Shown here piece after piece: positions 50,036 through 63,455 of a stretch of 64,000 nt of DNA. Within the stretch, counting starts at the first letter, position 1, and each line of letters opens with the position of its first letter. The notes under the pieces are model-generated. The model searched no databases. It saw nothing but the letters and a program-made list of their open reading frames with translations, and was not told the origin of the DNA. The translations under genes and the position numbers were made by a program. Source of the DNA: Malacoraja senta (lineage: Eukaryota). The stretch spans positions 9,612,001 to 9,676,000 of the forward strand of contig CM075988.1 of the NCBI GenBank assembly GCA_038087875.1, read 5' to 3'.

Positions 50036-50348
50036 TAGACTTTAGAGACTTTAGAGATACAGTGTGCAAACCGCCCTTCGGCCCACCGATTCCGTATCAA
50101 TCAGCGATCACCCCGTACACTAGCACTATTCTACACACTAGGGACAATATACAACTTACCAAGGCCAATTAACCTACAAACCTGTACGTCTTTGGAGTGT
50201 GGGAGGAAACTGGAGCACCCGGAGAAAACCCATGCGGTCACAGCCAGAACGTACAAACTCCATACAGACAGCACCTGTAGTCAGGATCGAACCTGGGTCT
50301 CTGGCATTGTGAGGCAGCAAGTCTACTGCTGTGCCACCGTTCTGCCCC
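50036..50348 (-). mobile_element. tRNA-derived SINE (HE1-like)
   Basis: Full-length reverse copy. Confidence 0.85.
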
Positions 50349-50444
50349 ACAGTGATGTACCTACTGCTCAAGAGAGCTTTAGTTTTCAACAACAGCATAG
50401 AGATTCAACATATATTAAATTAATATACAACATATATAACATTG

Positions 50445-50580
50445 TGTGTGGGAAGGAACTGCAGATGCTGGTTTATACTGAAGATAGACACAAAATGCTG
50501 GAGTAACTCAGCGGGACAGGCAGCATCTCTGGAGAGAAGGAATGGGTGACATATCGGGTGAGACCCTTCCTTCAGACTCT
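50445..50580 (-). mobile_element. Penelope-type short repeat
   Basis: ggaaggaactgcagatgctgg...gggtgacatatcgggtgagacccttccttcagact. Confidence 0.7.
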
Positions 50581-51794
50581 AAACAGTTGCATTGTCGCTG
50601 TCTTGTAAATAAACCTCCACCTCTTTGGAAATATCTATTGCTGCCTGTCTCTCAGTGCCTCCATGAAGACATTACAAAGTTTGTGTGAAGGCATTTTAAA
50701 CTCATCTATCCAAATGTTATCATGTTTTTCAAGATTAGTATGCTTTGCACCACTTCATCAGGAGTAGAAGGGAAAATGACAGCTGAAGTCGTGATTCATC
50801 TGCGTATAATCATAGCGCAGGGAACCGAGTCACGACGATGAACTGTTACTAGTCATTGTGGTGAGTGAGAAGCTCACACTCTCTAGAGGGCTGTAGCAGA
50901 TCCCAGACATATTATTTGATACCTACGTTCCGTATGGAAGCCATGACCCGTTCACTGTTATACCAATAAAGAGCAGAGGTACATTTGGGATTAAGAGGTA
51001 ACATATTTTTTGATTGTTTTCCAAATATCACAAACATCCATCACTTGAAAGGTTACCTCTAAAAATGTTATTGTAGTCTTTAGCTGCTATGATATTGAGC
51101 AAAGCCTTTAACTCCCAAGACCAATTAAGCTCAGCTGGACTCAGAAATTAGCCAGTTGCCTATTTTCTCTTTCCTTCATTCTACTGAATGACTGGTTGTG
51201 TTAGTTCTTGCCAGGTATTCAAGACAAGCCTTCTGAATATGTACTTTCCAAATATGACTTAGAAGATTAGTTGATGTCAGTGCAAGCAGAAAATAAAGTG
51301 GTATTGTGTTAATACTGTGAACTGCACTGAGTCAGGACCCTCATAAAAGGATAAGATGGACTTTTTGGTTTCAGTTCTTCAGCTATATCCATATTAAAAA
51401 TAAACGGTGAGAATTTTAATCATTCATATCTGGTAACAGGGAAGTCAAATGGCAACTAAGTGAAACACAATTCCTAACCCTTCCATTTCCATTGAACAAG
51501 TAAAGGTAAGTAATAAGCACCTGCAACTATCTTCATGTCTAGTGAGAAAGCAATTGAAACTAGTCCTGAGGGTCGTCTCTCTTGCTGAAATTCAATCTGT
51601 CATCAGTGTGGGATTCACATGATTGAAAACTTAACTCATTGTGGAAAGATGGTGCTATTTCCAGTACCAAATGAGGAAAGTGGGAGCGGGAATGTACCTC
51701 AAGTGATGTATGGTGCAAGATCCTATTTAGCTTTCCCCCAACTTTGTAGACAGAATAAACTTGTCTCTGTAGGCAAATGAGCAGTTCCTATAAT

Positions 51795-52113
51795 GTGGCA
51801 CGGTGGTGCAGCAGTAGAGTTGCTTTACCTTACAGCGCCAGAGATCTGGGTTCGATACTGACTATGGGTGCTGCCTGTACGGAGTTTTACGTTCTCCCCG
51901 TGACCTGCGTGGGTTTTCTCCGGGAGCTACGGTTTCCTCCCACGCTCCAAAGACGTCCAGGTTTGTAGGCTAATAGGCTTGGTATAATTGTAAATTGTCC
52001 CTCGTGTGTATAGGATAGTGTTAGTGTGCGGGGATCGCTGGTGGTTGCGGGCTTGATGGGCCGAAGGGCCTGTTTCCGTGCTGTATCTCCCCTCTCAACT
52101 AAACTAGACTAAA
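51795..52113 (+). mobile_element. tRNA-derived SINE (HE1-like)
   Basis: Full-length copy. Confidence 0.85.
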
Positions 52114-52629
52114 CGACGTAACCTTAAATCTATATCTTTAGATATAGCTTAAGAAAATTAAGATGCCACAATGTGTAAAATTACTCCTAGATATTTACTT
52201 GCATTGGCTACTTTTTTTCCCCAAGAACAATGAAAACTCTAAATGCTTATGTCACTGTCATTCGGACTAAAACCAGCATTAACTTCCTAGATAATTTTTA
52301 AATTAAACAGTCATAAAAGGAGCGCATATCTTAAAAAGAAACGCTATCAAAAATTCTCATGGTGAAGAGTTTTAAGTGATAAAGATATTTATCAGAGCAA
52401 CAGAAGTGGTCAAAGAGGAAAATGCATAGCAGGAAGGTGACTTTCATTCCAATGACTCATTTTAATTTTCGGTGAGTAAAAACCAGTGTGTACCATTTAG
52501 TTTTTTTTTGTATTCCCACTGTTATTCAGTGAAAACCAGGCCCACTGTTTAACATTTGGGATGGAATTTGATACCATTCACTCATCACATAATCTTTTTA
52601 GATATGTGATAGTGCTTAATAGGTAATCA

Positions 52630-53275
52630 TTCCTGCCTCCTCCCTTCATCCCTCACCATCTCCACCACCCACACCTCTCCACCCCCCATCATTTGCATCC
52701 ATGACCCTACTCACCCCCCCCCCCCGCTCCTCATCTCTCACCATCCCCACTTCCCACCCCTCTCCTCCCGGCACTCCTCACCATTCTTATCCCCGAAACC
52801 TCAGGTCCCCCCACCCCTCACCATCCCACCCCTCTCCATCAGCCACCACCATCACCCCTCACCCCAACCTCCAACCCTTACACCTCCCCTCACCATGCCC
52901 CTCATCATCCTCACCCCACCTTCACCTGCCCTATCAGCCACCCCTCTTCACCCCCATCTCACCCACAGCATTCCCAGCTCTCTCTCCCTTCCATTCCCAT
53001 CCCTCTTCCCACTCCACTCCCACCCCTTACTCCTCTCATCCCCATCCCTCTCACCGCATAACCTCAACCACTCATCCCTCATGCCCCACCCCTCTCCCCA
53101 TCCCACACTCCTCTCCCACCCTTCACCCCCTACACTCACTCCCTCTCCCCATCCCTTCCCTTCATCATTCTCCAACCCGTTCTCCCACCCCTCTAACCCC
53201 CTTCCCCCACCCCTTCATCCCCTACCGCAAACCCTCTCACCCTCTTCCACCACCTTTTCACCCCTCTCACTCCCT
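52630..53275. repeat. C-rich low-complexity tract
   Basis: Direct inspection. Confidence 0.9.
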
Positions 53276-53434
53276 ATACATTTGTATCAGAAAATTGCTT
53301 TCCTGAGATATTTTATCTTTGCATTCATTTAATCAATCTGCTTCTACAAAGATAAAAGGAAGCTCTTTGATTTGAAATCTACTATTTTTGATATGCTTTT
53401 TCTGGAAGAGGTGACCTTGTTAAGGCCAATTTGT

Positions 53435-53760
53435 TTTGGCCATTTTTAATTGTCTGATCTTAATTGCCTTTCTAAGTTAGTTCCAAGGGCAGTTATCAGT
53501 CAACAATGTTGCTGTGGGTCTGGACAAGAACAGCAGATGTCTTTATCCTGAAGAGCATCATTGGACCAGGTGGCATTTTTGCAACAGTCCAACAAGTTTC
53601 ACGTTCACCATTACTGAAACACCTATCAATTCCAGATTTGTTGAATTTGACCAGATTTAAGTTCCTCAGATGAGGCGTAGAGATGTGAACTCGTATTTCC
53701 AGTAGAGCAATCCAGGCTTCTGAACTACCTGTCCAGTAGGATAACCACTTTGCTACCATA
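53435..53760 (-). mobile_element. Older SINE of a second family
   Basis: Minus strand has a tRNA-like head ggtagcaaagtggttatcctactggac, body ccagacccacagcaac and tail ggcaattaagat. Confidence 0.55.
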
Positions 53761-54094
53761 CTTGAGGGCTTATTTAAAATTTTGAGTGCATCGGTTACAA
53801 TTCAGAGATTTTATAGTTTACAGTGAGATGATTTTACATTCCTGCACAATGCCATTGCTGTGGAGTAATATTCCCACCATAATAACCTTTTTGTTCATCT
53901 ATTCTTATCCCATTTGCCAAATGTATGTAAGTGCTGGTCTAAATGTCTTCTAATCAAAGTAATTGTATCGGATTCCACCACCTCCTCTGGAAGTGCATTC
54001 CACATATCAATAACTATCTGTGTAAAATACTTAACCTTTACGGCCCCCTATAAAACTCCTTTGACTCACTTTAAATCAATGCTCTCTTGTTGCT

Positions 54095-54250
54095 GAAGAT
54101 AGGCACAACATGCTGTAGTAACTCAGCGGGACAGGCAGCATCTCTGGATAGAAGGATTCCTTCTCTCCAGAGATGCTGCCTGTCCCGCTGAGTCACTCCA
54201 GCATTTTGCGTCTATCTTCGTTTAAACCAGCATCTGTAGTTCATTCCTAC
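54095..54250. mobile_element. Penelope-type short repeat, inverted pair with centre deleted
   Basis: actcagcgggacaggcagcatctctgga / tccagagatgctgcctgtcccgctgagt form perfect inverted arms. Confidence 0.75.
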
Positions 54251-54561
54251 GCTCTCTTGTTGTTGACCACCTTATCTTTAGATGCAGTTTTGGAAAAAAT
54301 CTTGCAGTGAGTATCAATGTATTTAGTCATCAGGGAATAGAATCATATGGCAGTGAAGGAGGCCTTTGACCATTTATGTATGCTGGCTCTGAAATTATTG
54401 AAAAAATGTGGAGGGAGGAACGAGATGCCGGTTTAAACCGTGCTAGGAACCGTGTTCTTTTTTTCTATTGCCTAGTGACCTTTTTCCACTTCAAGTATAA
54501 ATTCGATTACACTTCTGTACGTTAACATTGAACCTGTTTCCGTTAAACCTGTGTTATTTCA

Positions 54562-55700
54562 GCGAAGCCGTGCTGCAAGCGGAGTCTCGGATACGCCACA
54601 GAGTCCTGGTGGGAGTAGTGACTCGGACAAGAGCTGGTCTGGGAATCTTCCCAAATCCCCAAGGCCAAGGGGAAGGAGAGGCGCAGGCTGGTCCAGGAGG
54701 AAGTGAGGGCAGCGGTGGAGGAGGAGAGGTCTACCAGAGCGGTTGGCTTGAGGTAGCAGGGGGCCTGGACAAGGTGGGAGCAGGCCATGGACTGAAAAGT
54801 CACATGGACTGAGCTCTGGCAGGCTGAACCACAGTGCATTAAGTTCCTGGTCCAGGCAGTGTACGATGTCCTGCCCAGACCATCGAACCTCTTCATCTGG
54901 GGCAAAGCGGAAGTTCTGGATTGCCCGCAATGCTCAGGCAAGGGGATGTTGGAACACATCCTGAGCTGCTGCCAAAGGCTCTTGGGCAGGGCCGGTACAC
55001 CTGGCGTCACGACCAGGTTCTTAAACCCATTGCAGAAGCCATCAGCATGGGATTCAGCAGCTGCAGACGAGCAGGCCCCACCACCCAGATGATCACCTTC
55101 ATGAAGGCTGGAGTGCAGCTGCCAAGAACCACAGCAGCCAGGAATCAGTCAGGAATCCTGGCGACTGCGCAGGACTGGCAGCTTTCTGTAGACCTGGTGG
55201 AACAGCTGAAGTTCCCACAGCACATTGCCACGACCACCCTGAGACCAGACATCCTCCTGGTCTCAGAGGCGACCAAAAACATAGTCTTGTTGAACTGTTT
55301 GGAGGACAGTTTGGAGGAGGCCCACGAGAGGAAGATGACCAAGTACGAAGAGCTGTTCATAGACTGCCGTAAGCAGGGCTGGAAGGCAAGGTGTATGCCC
55401 ATCGAGGTTGGCTGCAGAGGTTTTGCAGGTCAATCGCTCTACAAAGCCTTGAGTGCACTGGGCATCAATGGAATGGAGAGAAGACCCATCATGAACACCA
55501 CAGAGGCAGCGGAGAAGGCCTCAAGATGGCTCTGGATCAGGAGAGGAGGTCCATGGGGAGGAGCGAATGCCACCTGGACACAAGTCGTGGTCTGATCAAC
55601 CACGGCTGGGTCGCCTGGGTGAGGGTATCTGATGTTGAAAGACCAGAAACACTCAATGACCCCCAGGTTACATCACTGGTGATGTGTTCAGGAACATCTA
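54562..55700 (+). mobile_element. Hero/NeSL-like LINE 3' fragment with restriction-like endonuclease
   Basis: VYDVLPRPSNL, CPQC..EHILSCC, GRYTWRHDQVL, LRPDI, EAHERK..KY, IEVGCRGF; frameshifted. Confidence 0.88.
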
Positions 55701-56382
55701 TAGATGTATTTTTTTTATCAACCACTATTTTAATTTTAAAATTCAAAAGCTAAATTCTGGTTTTACCACAAATGGAAGAATCAGAATAATTTGCTCATCG
55801 TAATTCTTCATCTGATATTCCCTCAGGTTTAAGGCTGAGAGACTCTTTGGAATTGTCAAGAATTTGATCTTGCAACCAATGTTTATTCTAATGACGGAAT
55901 AATCTACGGAGAGTAAAAATAATATAACTATCTTCGTCATTTGGCTTATTTATAGATGTTTCATATACTACACCACATTGCTTCTCCAAACTACCAAAAT
56001 AAGTGATCTGATTCACACTTTATTGAAACGAGTTTGCCTTTAGATCAATAAAGTGTTTATTTTATTATTTGGCGAATGACTGAAGAGCAGTAAACTTCAA
56101 TTCACTTTTGACATTATTCAGCAGGCCTACCTTAGAGAATAATAAAATGCATTATGCTGTCCATGTTGACAGCATATCAGTGCCGCATGTCATCTTCAGA
56201 GGAAGCAAGATTAGGCAAGGGTGCACAAATATAGCTCAAGCCGGAATTTAATATTCTACTTCCAATTTTGTGCCTGCCTGTTGCACTGGAGAGATGTGTA
56301 TAATTACAGAGTGATGTTTACGTCAGCTACTAAAATTAATGTTGATGAGAAATTTGCAATGTCAAATTGTGGATGTTAATGT

Positions 56383-56755
56383 GGGAGGGAGAGAGAAACA
56401 GAGAGAGAGTGCGAGGGAGGGAGGGGGAGAGGGAGACGGGGAGAGAGGGAGAGAGAGGGAGAGGGGGAGAGTGAGAGGGAGTGGGAGGGTGAGGGAGAGG
56501 GAGTGAGAGAGAGAGGGTGTGAGGGAGAGGAAGAAGGAGGGAGCGGGAGAGGGAGAGGGAGAAGGAGAAAGGGAGAGAGGGAGAGAGGGAGAGAGGGAGA
56601 GAGGGAGAGAGGGAGAGAGGGAGAGAGGGAGAGAGGGAGAGAGGGAGGGAGAGAGGAGGGGGGGAGGGGAAGGGGAAGGGGAAAGGGGAAGGGGAAAGGG
56701 AAGTGGAAGGGGAAGGGGAAGGGGGAAGGGGCGGGGGAGGGGGAAAGGGAATGAA
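56383..56755. repeat. GA-rich polypurine tract
   Basis: (gagagg)n and (ggggaa)n. Confidence 0.95.
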
Positions 56756-57257
56756 GGTTGAATTTTGTGAGGGTTCTACCTAAAAAGCAAAAGACAGACT
56801 GCTGGAAGAAGTCTGAAGTAGGGTCTCAACTCGAAACTTCACCTATCGAAGTTCATATATACTGCCTGACCTGCTGAATTACTCCAGCACTTTGTGTCCT
56901 TTTGCAAAAGGAAGTCAATGGATCAGGCAGCATCTGTGGAAGCAGAAGGATGGATGTACGTTTTTGCTCCACATTACAATGCAGTCTCCTGTGTTTTCAT
57001 TGAACCGATAGTATCCTGATATCACCCTTCACTGTCACATTCAAGCATCAGAATCAGTAACTCCTGCAAATTTGTGCCTGGCTGCAAGAAGCCATGTGCA
57101 ACAGACACAGATCTATTCAAAGTGGCTACATCAGTTGTATTTCTTTCATTTATCTTGATCTATGAACCCAGCCAACCAGGGTAAAACTGTAAAAATGAAA
57201 TAAATTCTGGAAGCCGGGCACTTGCATGTCATCTTGCTGGGAAGATTCATATTTTGT

Positions 57258-57565
57258 TCAGAGTTGCCGCTTTACAGCACTTACAGCACCAGAGACCCGG
57301 GTTTGATCCTGACTATGGGTACTTGTCTGTATGGAGTTTGTACATTTTTCCCGTGACCTACGTGGGTTTTCTCCAAGAACTTCGGTTTCCTCCCCCCATT
57401 CCCAAGGTTTATTGTATGTAATTGGTTTATTGTATGTAATTGGCTTGGTATAATTATAAATTATCCCTAGTGTGTGTAGGGGGGTGTTAGTGTACGGGGA
57501 TCGCTGGTGGGCATGGACTAGGAGGGCTGAAGGGTCTGTTTCCACGCTGTATCTCTAAACTAAAT
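57258..57565 (+). mobile_element. tRNA-derived SINE (5'-clipped)
   Basis: Family core and (ctaaa) tail. Confidence 0.8.
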
Positions 57566-58162
57566 TATGATCTGTTTCGTGATTACAAACATGGATAAAG
57601 CTACCTCCTAAATCTGCAAACTCCCCAAGTTCATTCACCCACAGATTTTCTGTTTGCCCAAAGGTGGCCACATCAAAATCCCAGATTTTCATCATTCCAC
57701 CTATTTTTAACTGCCTCAGCGCGAGGGCTTGAACATCGGACTGGCGGCAGTGGCGACTGCGGAGGGTTCAAAGGTCCCGACCATGGATGAACAAAGGAGG
57801 AAGATGACTGAACTTTAACTGCCTCAGCCCAAAATCCTGGAATTCTCTTTCCCAAATACCTATGCTTCTTTGTAACTTTAAATGCCAACCAAATTCTGCT
57901 CACGTGTCCTGACTTTATAATTGCTGTTGATATCAATTTTTTTAAAGGTTTACTTATTTCCTGGACCTCAGCATAAATATTTGCCATTACACAATAGACA
58001 TGCTATATTGGTAAATAAAATCCTGTATGATATGTGCTAATATTTATTTATATGTGTATCTGAGATATATGAGAGGAATAAATATATTTGTTCACACACC
58101 TTCAGTAAATAACCATGTTATTTTACTGGGATCAATCATACAGTAGTTCGAATTGTATTCAA

Positions 58163-58640
58163 GTTCGAATTGTGGACGCAGACCAGACCATCACACAAAC
58201 CAACCTCCCTTCCATCAACTCCATTTATAGCTCACGCTGCACCAGCAAGGCTAGCAGCATAATCAAGGATGAGTCGCGCCCTGGCCACTCCGTCTTCTCC
58301 CCTCTTCCATCGGGCATGAGGTATAGAAGTGTGAAAATGCACACCTCCAGATTCATAGACAGTTTCTTCCCAGCTGTTATCAGGCAACTGAAACATCCCA
58401 CCACAATTAGAGAGCAGTCCTGACCTCCCATCGACCTCACTGATGACCCTTGGGCTATCTTTGATCGGACTTTACTTGCTTTACCTTACACTGAATTCCC
58501 TTATTCCCTTATTATGTGTCCATATACTGTAAATGGCTCGATTGTAATCATGTATTGTCTTTCCGCTGTCTGGTTAGCACTTAACAAAAGCTTTTCACCG
58601 TACCTCGGTACACGTGACAATAAACTAACTGAACTGAACT
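58163..58640 (+). mobile_element. Rex1/Babar-like LINE 3' fragment
   Basis: KASSIIKDESRPGHSVFSPLPSGMRYRS..RFIDSFFPAVIRQL plus tail. Confidence 0.85.
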
Positions 58641-58971
58641 TACAAACCTGCTTTCAAAACCTTTCGGAACCTGAATGGTAATTTTCCTATCCCACCGGCA
58701 CTTTTAACAGCATAACTTTTCATTCACCGTAAGGCACCCTCAGGATAGTATATGCACACAATACGTTCAAATCTCAAGTGATTTTGAAGTCTGCGGCGGA
58801 GTTATGTTCTCTGTTAGCTATGCTGATAATGTGATGTATTGAGATCTGAACATCAACTCTTCTGAAATTCACTTCCATTAATGGACCTCAATCAATCTAA
58901 ATCTCCAATGCAGGGGTCAGTATATATGCATTATCACAATTATGCATTTAATACATAACAAAACATACATT

Positions 58972-59705
58972 TCAAGTTCAAATTCAAGTTCAAGTTAGCA
59001 TTTATTATCACTTAATCAATTAAGGTACAGTGAAATTTGAGATACCATACAGCCATACTAAGTGAAAAGAATCAATACACACAGCCACATAAAATAAAAT
59101 TTAACATACCTATCCACCACAGTGGAATCAACATTCCTCACTGTGATGGAAGGCAATAAAGTTCAGTCATCTTCCTCCTTTGTTCATCGATGGTCGGGAT
59201 CTTTGAACCCTCCGCAGTCGCCGCTGCCGCCGGTCCGATGTTTAAGCCCTCGCTTCCGGATGATTGAATCTCCGGCGTCAGGACAGATCAGAACACTCCG
59301 TGGCATGGAGCTCCCGAGTTGGCTTCTTCTTACCGCAGACCACGGGCTTCACTGTGTTAAAGTCCACAGGCCCCGCGGTTGGAGCACTTTCGCCGGTGAT
59401 CCTCGGTAAAGGATCGCCCACTCCATGATGTTAAAGTCCTCGCCTGGCCCGCGGCTTGAAGCTCCGGGCCAGTCTCCAGGTAAGGCCGCACCATTCCACG
59501 TTGTTAGGCCGCAGGGGGGACGGAGATGCGACATGGAGAAAATTTGCATCTCCGTGGAGGTAAGTGTCTGAAAAAAGTTTCCGCCGATACCCCCCACCAC
59601 CCCCCACATATAACATACCAAGAAACATTAAAACTTAAGATGTACTTAAAATAATAAAAACAGAGAAGGGACAAGACAGACTGTTGGCAAGGCGGCCATT
59701 ACGGC
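58972..59705 (-). mobile_element. GC-rich non-autonomous retroelement
   Basis: Reverse relative of 36750-37520; (ttcaag)n tail; an internal piece recurs at about 57715-57822. Confidence 0.6.
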
Positions 59706-61219
59706 CATTTTTACACATTTCGTGTCCATCCCATAAAACACTACACCTTGTCCATGATAGCAATGCATTGAATTACAGCGCCTGTAGCAAGGATTTTTGG
59801 CCCATCATGCTGACCATCAAGCATTCACTTATATTAGTCCCATTTTATTCTCCCCACATTCCCATCAAACTCTCCGTCCCCAGATTCTACCACTCACCTA
59901 TATACTAGGTTTTAAAAAGCAGTGACAAATGAAGATACGCCATTACAGGTGGCTAATGTGGAGAATGAGATTGGAAGCAAGAGAGGAGAGCAAGTAGATG
60001 GAGGGGATTGGTGAAAGGACAGGAAGCAGTGTAGATACAAACAGATGTGTGCAGATTGTTATACCATCACTAGCAGCATGCCATATGGATCTGCAATGGT
60101 CCTTTCTCTACTCCTGATTTAGATCAATGAAAGATGAAAAGCTGATAATGATTTTGATGATAATGACGCAAAGGCAGCTGGTTAACTGAGCTGGGAGGAA
60201 GTTGGCGTCCGGAGATGACCCAGCAGCGTTAGTGGAGAGGTCGGTGCGACGGCTGATGATGGCGCCGACCGACGGATGAGGACGGACCATGTGGACTTGT
60301 CACATGTGACAATAAAGTATTCAATTCAATTCAAATGATGATGGATGGACATGAAGCCAGAGTTGGAATTGTGCGGAATATTTTGAGGATGGCAAAGCTG
60401 GAGATAGTTTGGAAGGTAAAATCCCCATGACCATGAAGCAGTTAAAGGATGAGGCCAGGAGGGTATGCCACTTCTTGTCGGTAAACATCAATAGTTAAAG
60501 AATACTGAAGTCTAAAATGCAACTTGTGCACGTTTTCCAATATTTATAGAAAATCTTCCTTCTTCACAATTAACCGCACAGCTGGGGGATGGATCCAAGG
60601 GACGATGGAAGGTTAAGAATGCAGGTGAGAAGGTGGTTGAATAAGTACAAATAAATAAGTGTAAAAGTGCAACGACTGTAGACTTTACTGTGAAAGTGCA
60701 CAAAGAGGCGCCATGTTTCTGGCACCCACAAAGTTTCAATGATTTGAAGAATACAGTCTTATTTTTGGCCTTAAAGGCCCGTGGTCCGGGCAGCATCGAT
60801 CCCCTCCTCCGAAAACGACTCTTTGTCCAGCATCCTCTGCTGTCGTCGACACCCACCACAATCCTCTCCGGTCCTGGTCTTCGGCGTTGAGCAGGTGATG
60901 AGCCTCAGATGACTCCAGGTGGGTTCCCAGTTCTACGTCAGGTGAGCAAGGCTTGCTGTTGAGTTATAGCTATGGCTCGCCGGGAGACCCTGCCATCCAT
61001 TGGGGAGCTTGGACTGTATATTATAGCAGGGCAACCAAATGACCAGCGGTAATGGCTGGACTCTTGTTGAGAAGTTCAATGGCTGACACTTTGTGGCATG
61101 CATATTGTGCGTGGCTTTTCTCCTCAGCCTTCGAAATGTCTCTCGTTTGGTTTTGTTCACTTACAGATCACTTCATCATCTGAGCAATTGAAAATGAGAC
61201 CCAACACTTTGCAGTTATT

Positions 61220-61412
61220 CAGCGGGACAGGCAGCATCTCTCGAGGGAAGGAATGGGTGACGTTTCGGGTCGAGACCCTTTGAGTTTGAAGAAGGGTCTC
61301 GACCCGAAATGTCACCCATTCCTTCTCTCCAGAGATGCAGCCTGTCCCACTTAGTTACTCCAGCGTTTTGTGTCTATCCAGTTTAAACCAGCATCTGCAG
61401 TTCCTTCCTACA
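61220..61412. mobile_element. Penelope-type short repeat, inverted pair
   Basis: gggtgacgtttcgggtcgagaccctt / aagggtctcgacccgaaatgtcaccc arms; flanked by a direct repeat acactttgcagttatt. Confidence 0.75.
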
Positions 61413-62404
61413 CACTTTGCAGTTATTAGCAGACGATGCCACTTCTGAGCTTATAGTCATTTCTAAAGCTGAAAATTGGCTTGGGTTACTGCAACATGGA
61501 ACCATAGCAGCGATGTCCAGGGAAGCTGTGATAATTGGCCTATAACAACTGCTTTCCTATGTGGTCAGTATAACTCCAGCCAACCCTCTGAACAATATTG
61601 CCAGGATTCTGAAGTGCAGCACTTGATCAAGTTGTCTTTATGTTCAAGATTATTAAACAAGCATGGAATTCACTTACTATAGAAAATCCAATATTATAGA
61701 ATATCTTTCTTCTTCACCATTAAACACACAGCTGTCACCATGTAATATTGTGTATTGTAACAACTCAAAGTGCTCAAAAGTAAATGAGAAAAGAATCCAA
61801 GTCAACTTAATCTACAAATAAATTTCATCCTGTTGAAACACAGCAGAAATGCAAACTCCGCATTAGCATAATAATTAAATCATCAAAGAACCATAATGAC
61901 AGAATAAAGATCTTGTCCCCCAGCTTATAACATATTTTTTAATCATCTGCATTTGCATAAAAAATGAGAACAAATTAGCAAGTCTGAAATTTGATTTTCT
62001 TGAGTGCTAGTTTGAATCAAAAGGTAGAAATCCACATTACATAACTAATTTAAGTGGCTCTGTAGGTCGCAGTTCTCACTGGAGTGGTCAAGAACCATCT
62101 CATTGGTAAAATGAGAGATTGTACTGTGTGTTGTTCTCAAATGTTCGCTATCCCTCTCAAAAATGAGTGGACTGATCAGGCCACTACATGTCAATACCTG
62201 CTTAATGCTGCCAGATTTGCATTCCACAGGGATGGTAGCTGTGATCCTGCACAGAGCTTGTGGTGTGTTGTGTCATGTGACACTGTCACTATGCCACAGT
62301 GTGTGGGCACAGGTCCAACAGGGTACCTACGATACACCATGGGCCATCGGAAGAAATACTATTGCACACAACCACAGTCTGTAACCTCTTGGTTCAGCAT
62401 GTCC

Positions 62405-62837
62405 GATACGATATGATACAATACGATAGAACTTTATTTATCCCAGGAGGGAAATTAATGTGCCAACAATCATAAAAAACACAAAATACATGAAACATGA
62501 AATTAAAGTGACTAGTGGAAAGGCTTTGGGGATGTGCAAAGATTGAGGAGGTGAGGGGGGATGGGGGGAGGAGAGTCAATCTCAGTCTACCCCATGACAG
62601 AAGGGGGAGGAGTTGTAAAGTTTGATGGCCACTGGGAAGAAGGATCTCCTGTGGTGTTCTGTCCTGCATCTTGATGGAACCAGTCTGCTGTTGAAGGCAC
62701 TCCTCAGGTTGACCAGAGTGTCAGGAAGGGGGTGAGCTGTATTGTCCAGGATGCTCAGCAGTTTGAGGAACGTCCTCCCCTCCAAGACCACCTCACATGA
62801 ATCCAACTCCACCCCCAGGAAGGAGCCAGCCTTCCTG
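62405..62837 (-). mobile_element. Rex1/Babar-like LINE 3' fragment
   Basis: LLSILDNTAHPL...RCRTEHHRRSFFPVAIKLYNSS; (gatac)n tail. Confidence 0.8.
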
Positions 62838-63145
62838 ACTCCAGTTTAAGTCTCAAGCTTAGGAAACAATCCTCGTTTAAATAGGATTGGAGAACTGGAT
62901 GTCAGAGGTCACACCAAGCATATGTGAATATGAGATGCTAGCCAGGCAGTGCGACAACGCAGAACCAAATACATGCTAAGAATGAGAGAGACTGCATGCT
63001 GTAAAAAGAGATAAGAAATCCCACGTGCAATGGATCTGATCAAAGCTCCTGTATATCCAGTGGTGCAAGGTGGTGGAAAATTAAACAACTAACAGAAGGA
63101 GGGGTTATGAATATTCCCATTCTTAATGAGCGTAAAATACAAGTA

Positions 63146-63455
63146 GCTTTAGACTTTAGATATACAGCGCGGAAACAGGCCCTCCTGCCCACCTAGTCTG
63201 CGCCGACCAGCGATTACGCCATATGCTAGCACTATCCTACACACTTGGGATAATTTACAACTTTACCAAAGCCAATTAACCTACAAACCTGTGTGTCTTT
63301 GGAATGTGGGAGAAAACCGGAGCACTCTGAGAAAACCCACGTGGTCACAGGGAGAACGTACAAACTCTTTACAGACAGCACCGTATTCAGACTCAAACCT
63401 GGGTTTCTGGCGCTGCAAGGTAACAACTCTGCCACTACGCCACTGTACCGCCCCC
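63146..63455 (-). mobile_element. tRNA-derived SINE (HE1-like)
   Basis: Full-length reverse copy. Confidence 0.85.

Noticed and set aside
52701..53332. Pro/His/Ser-rich ORFs (similar cases at 16536-17135 and 56503-56761)
   Set aside because: Low-complexity pyrimidine or purine tracts
55615..55665. ctgatg...gaaac in the Hero 3'UTR as a hammerhead
   Set aside because: Core is CUGAUGU rather than CUGANGA, and no stem I or II can be drawn
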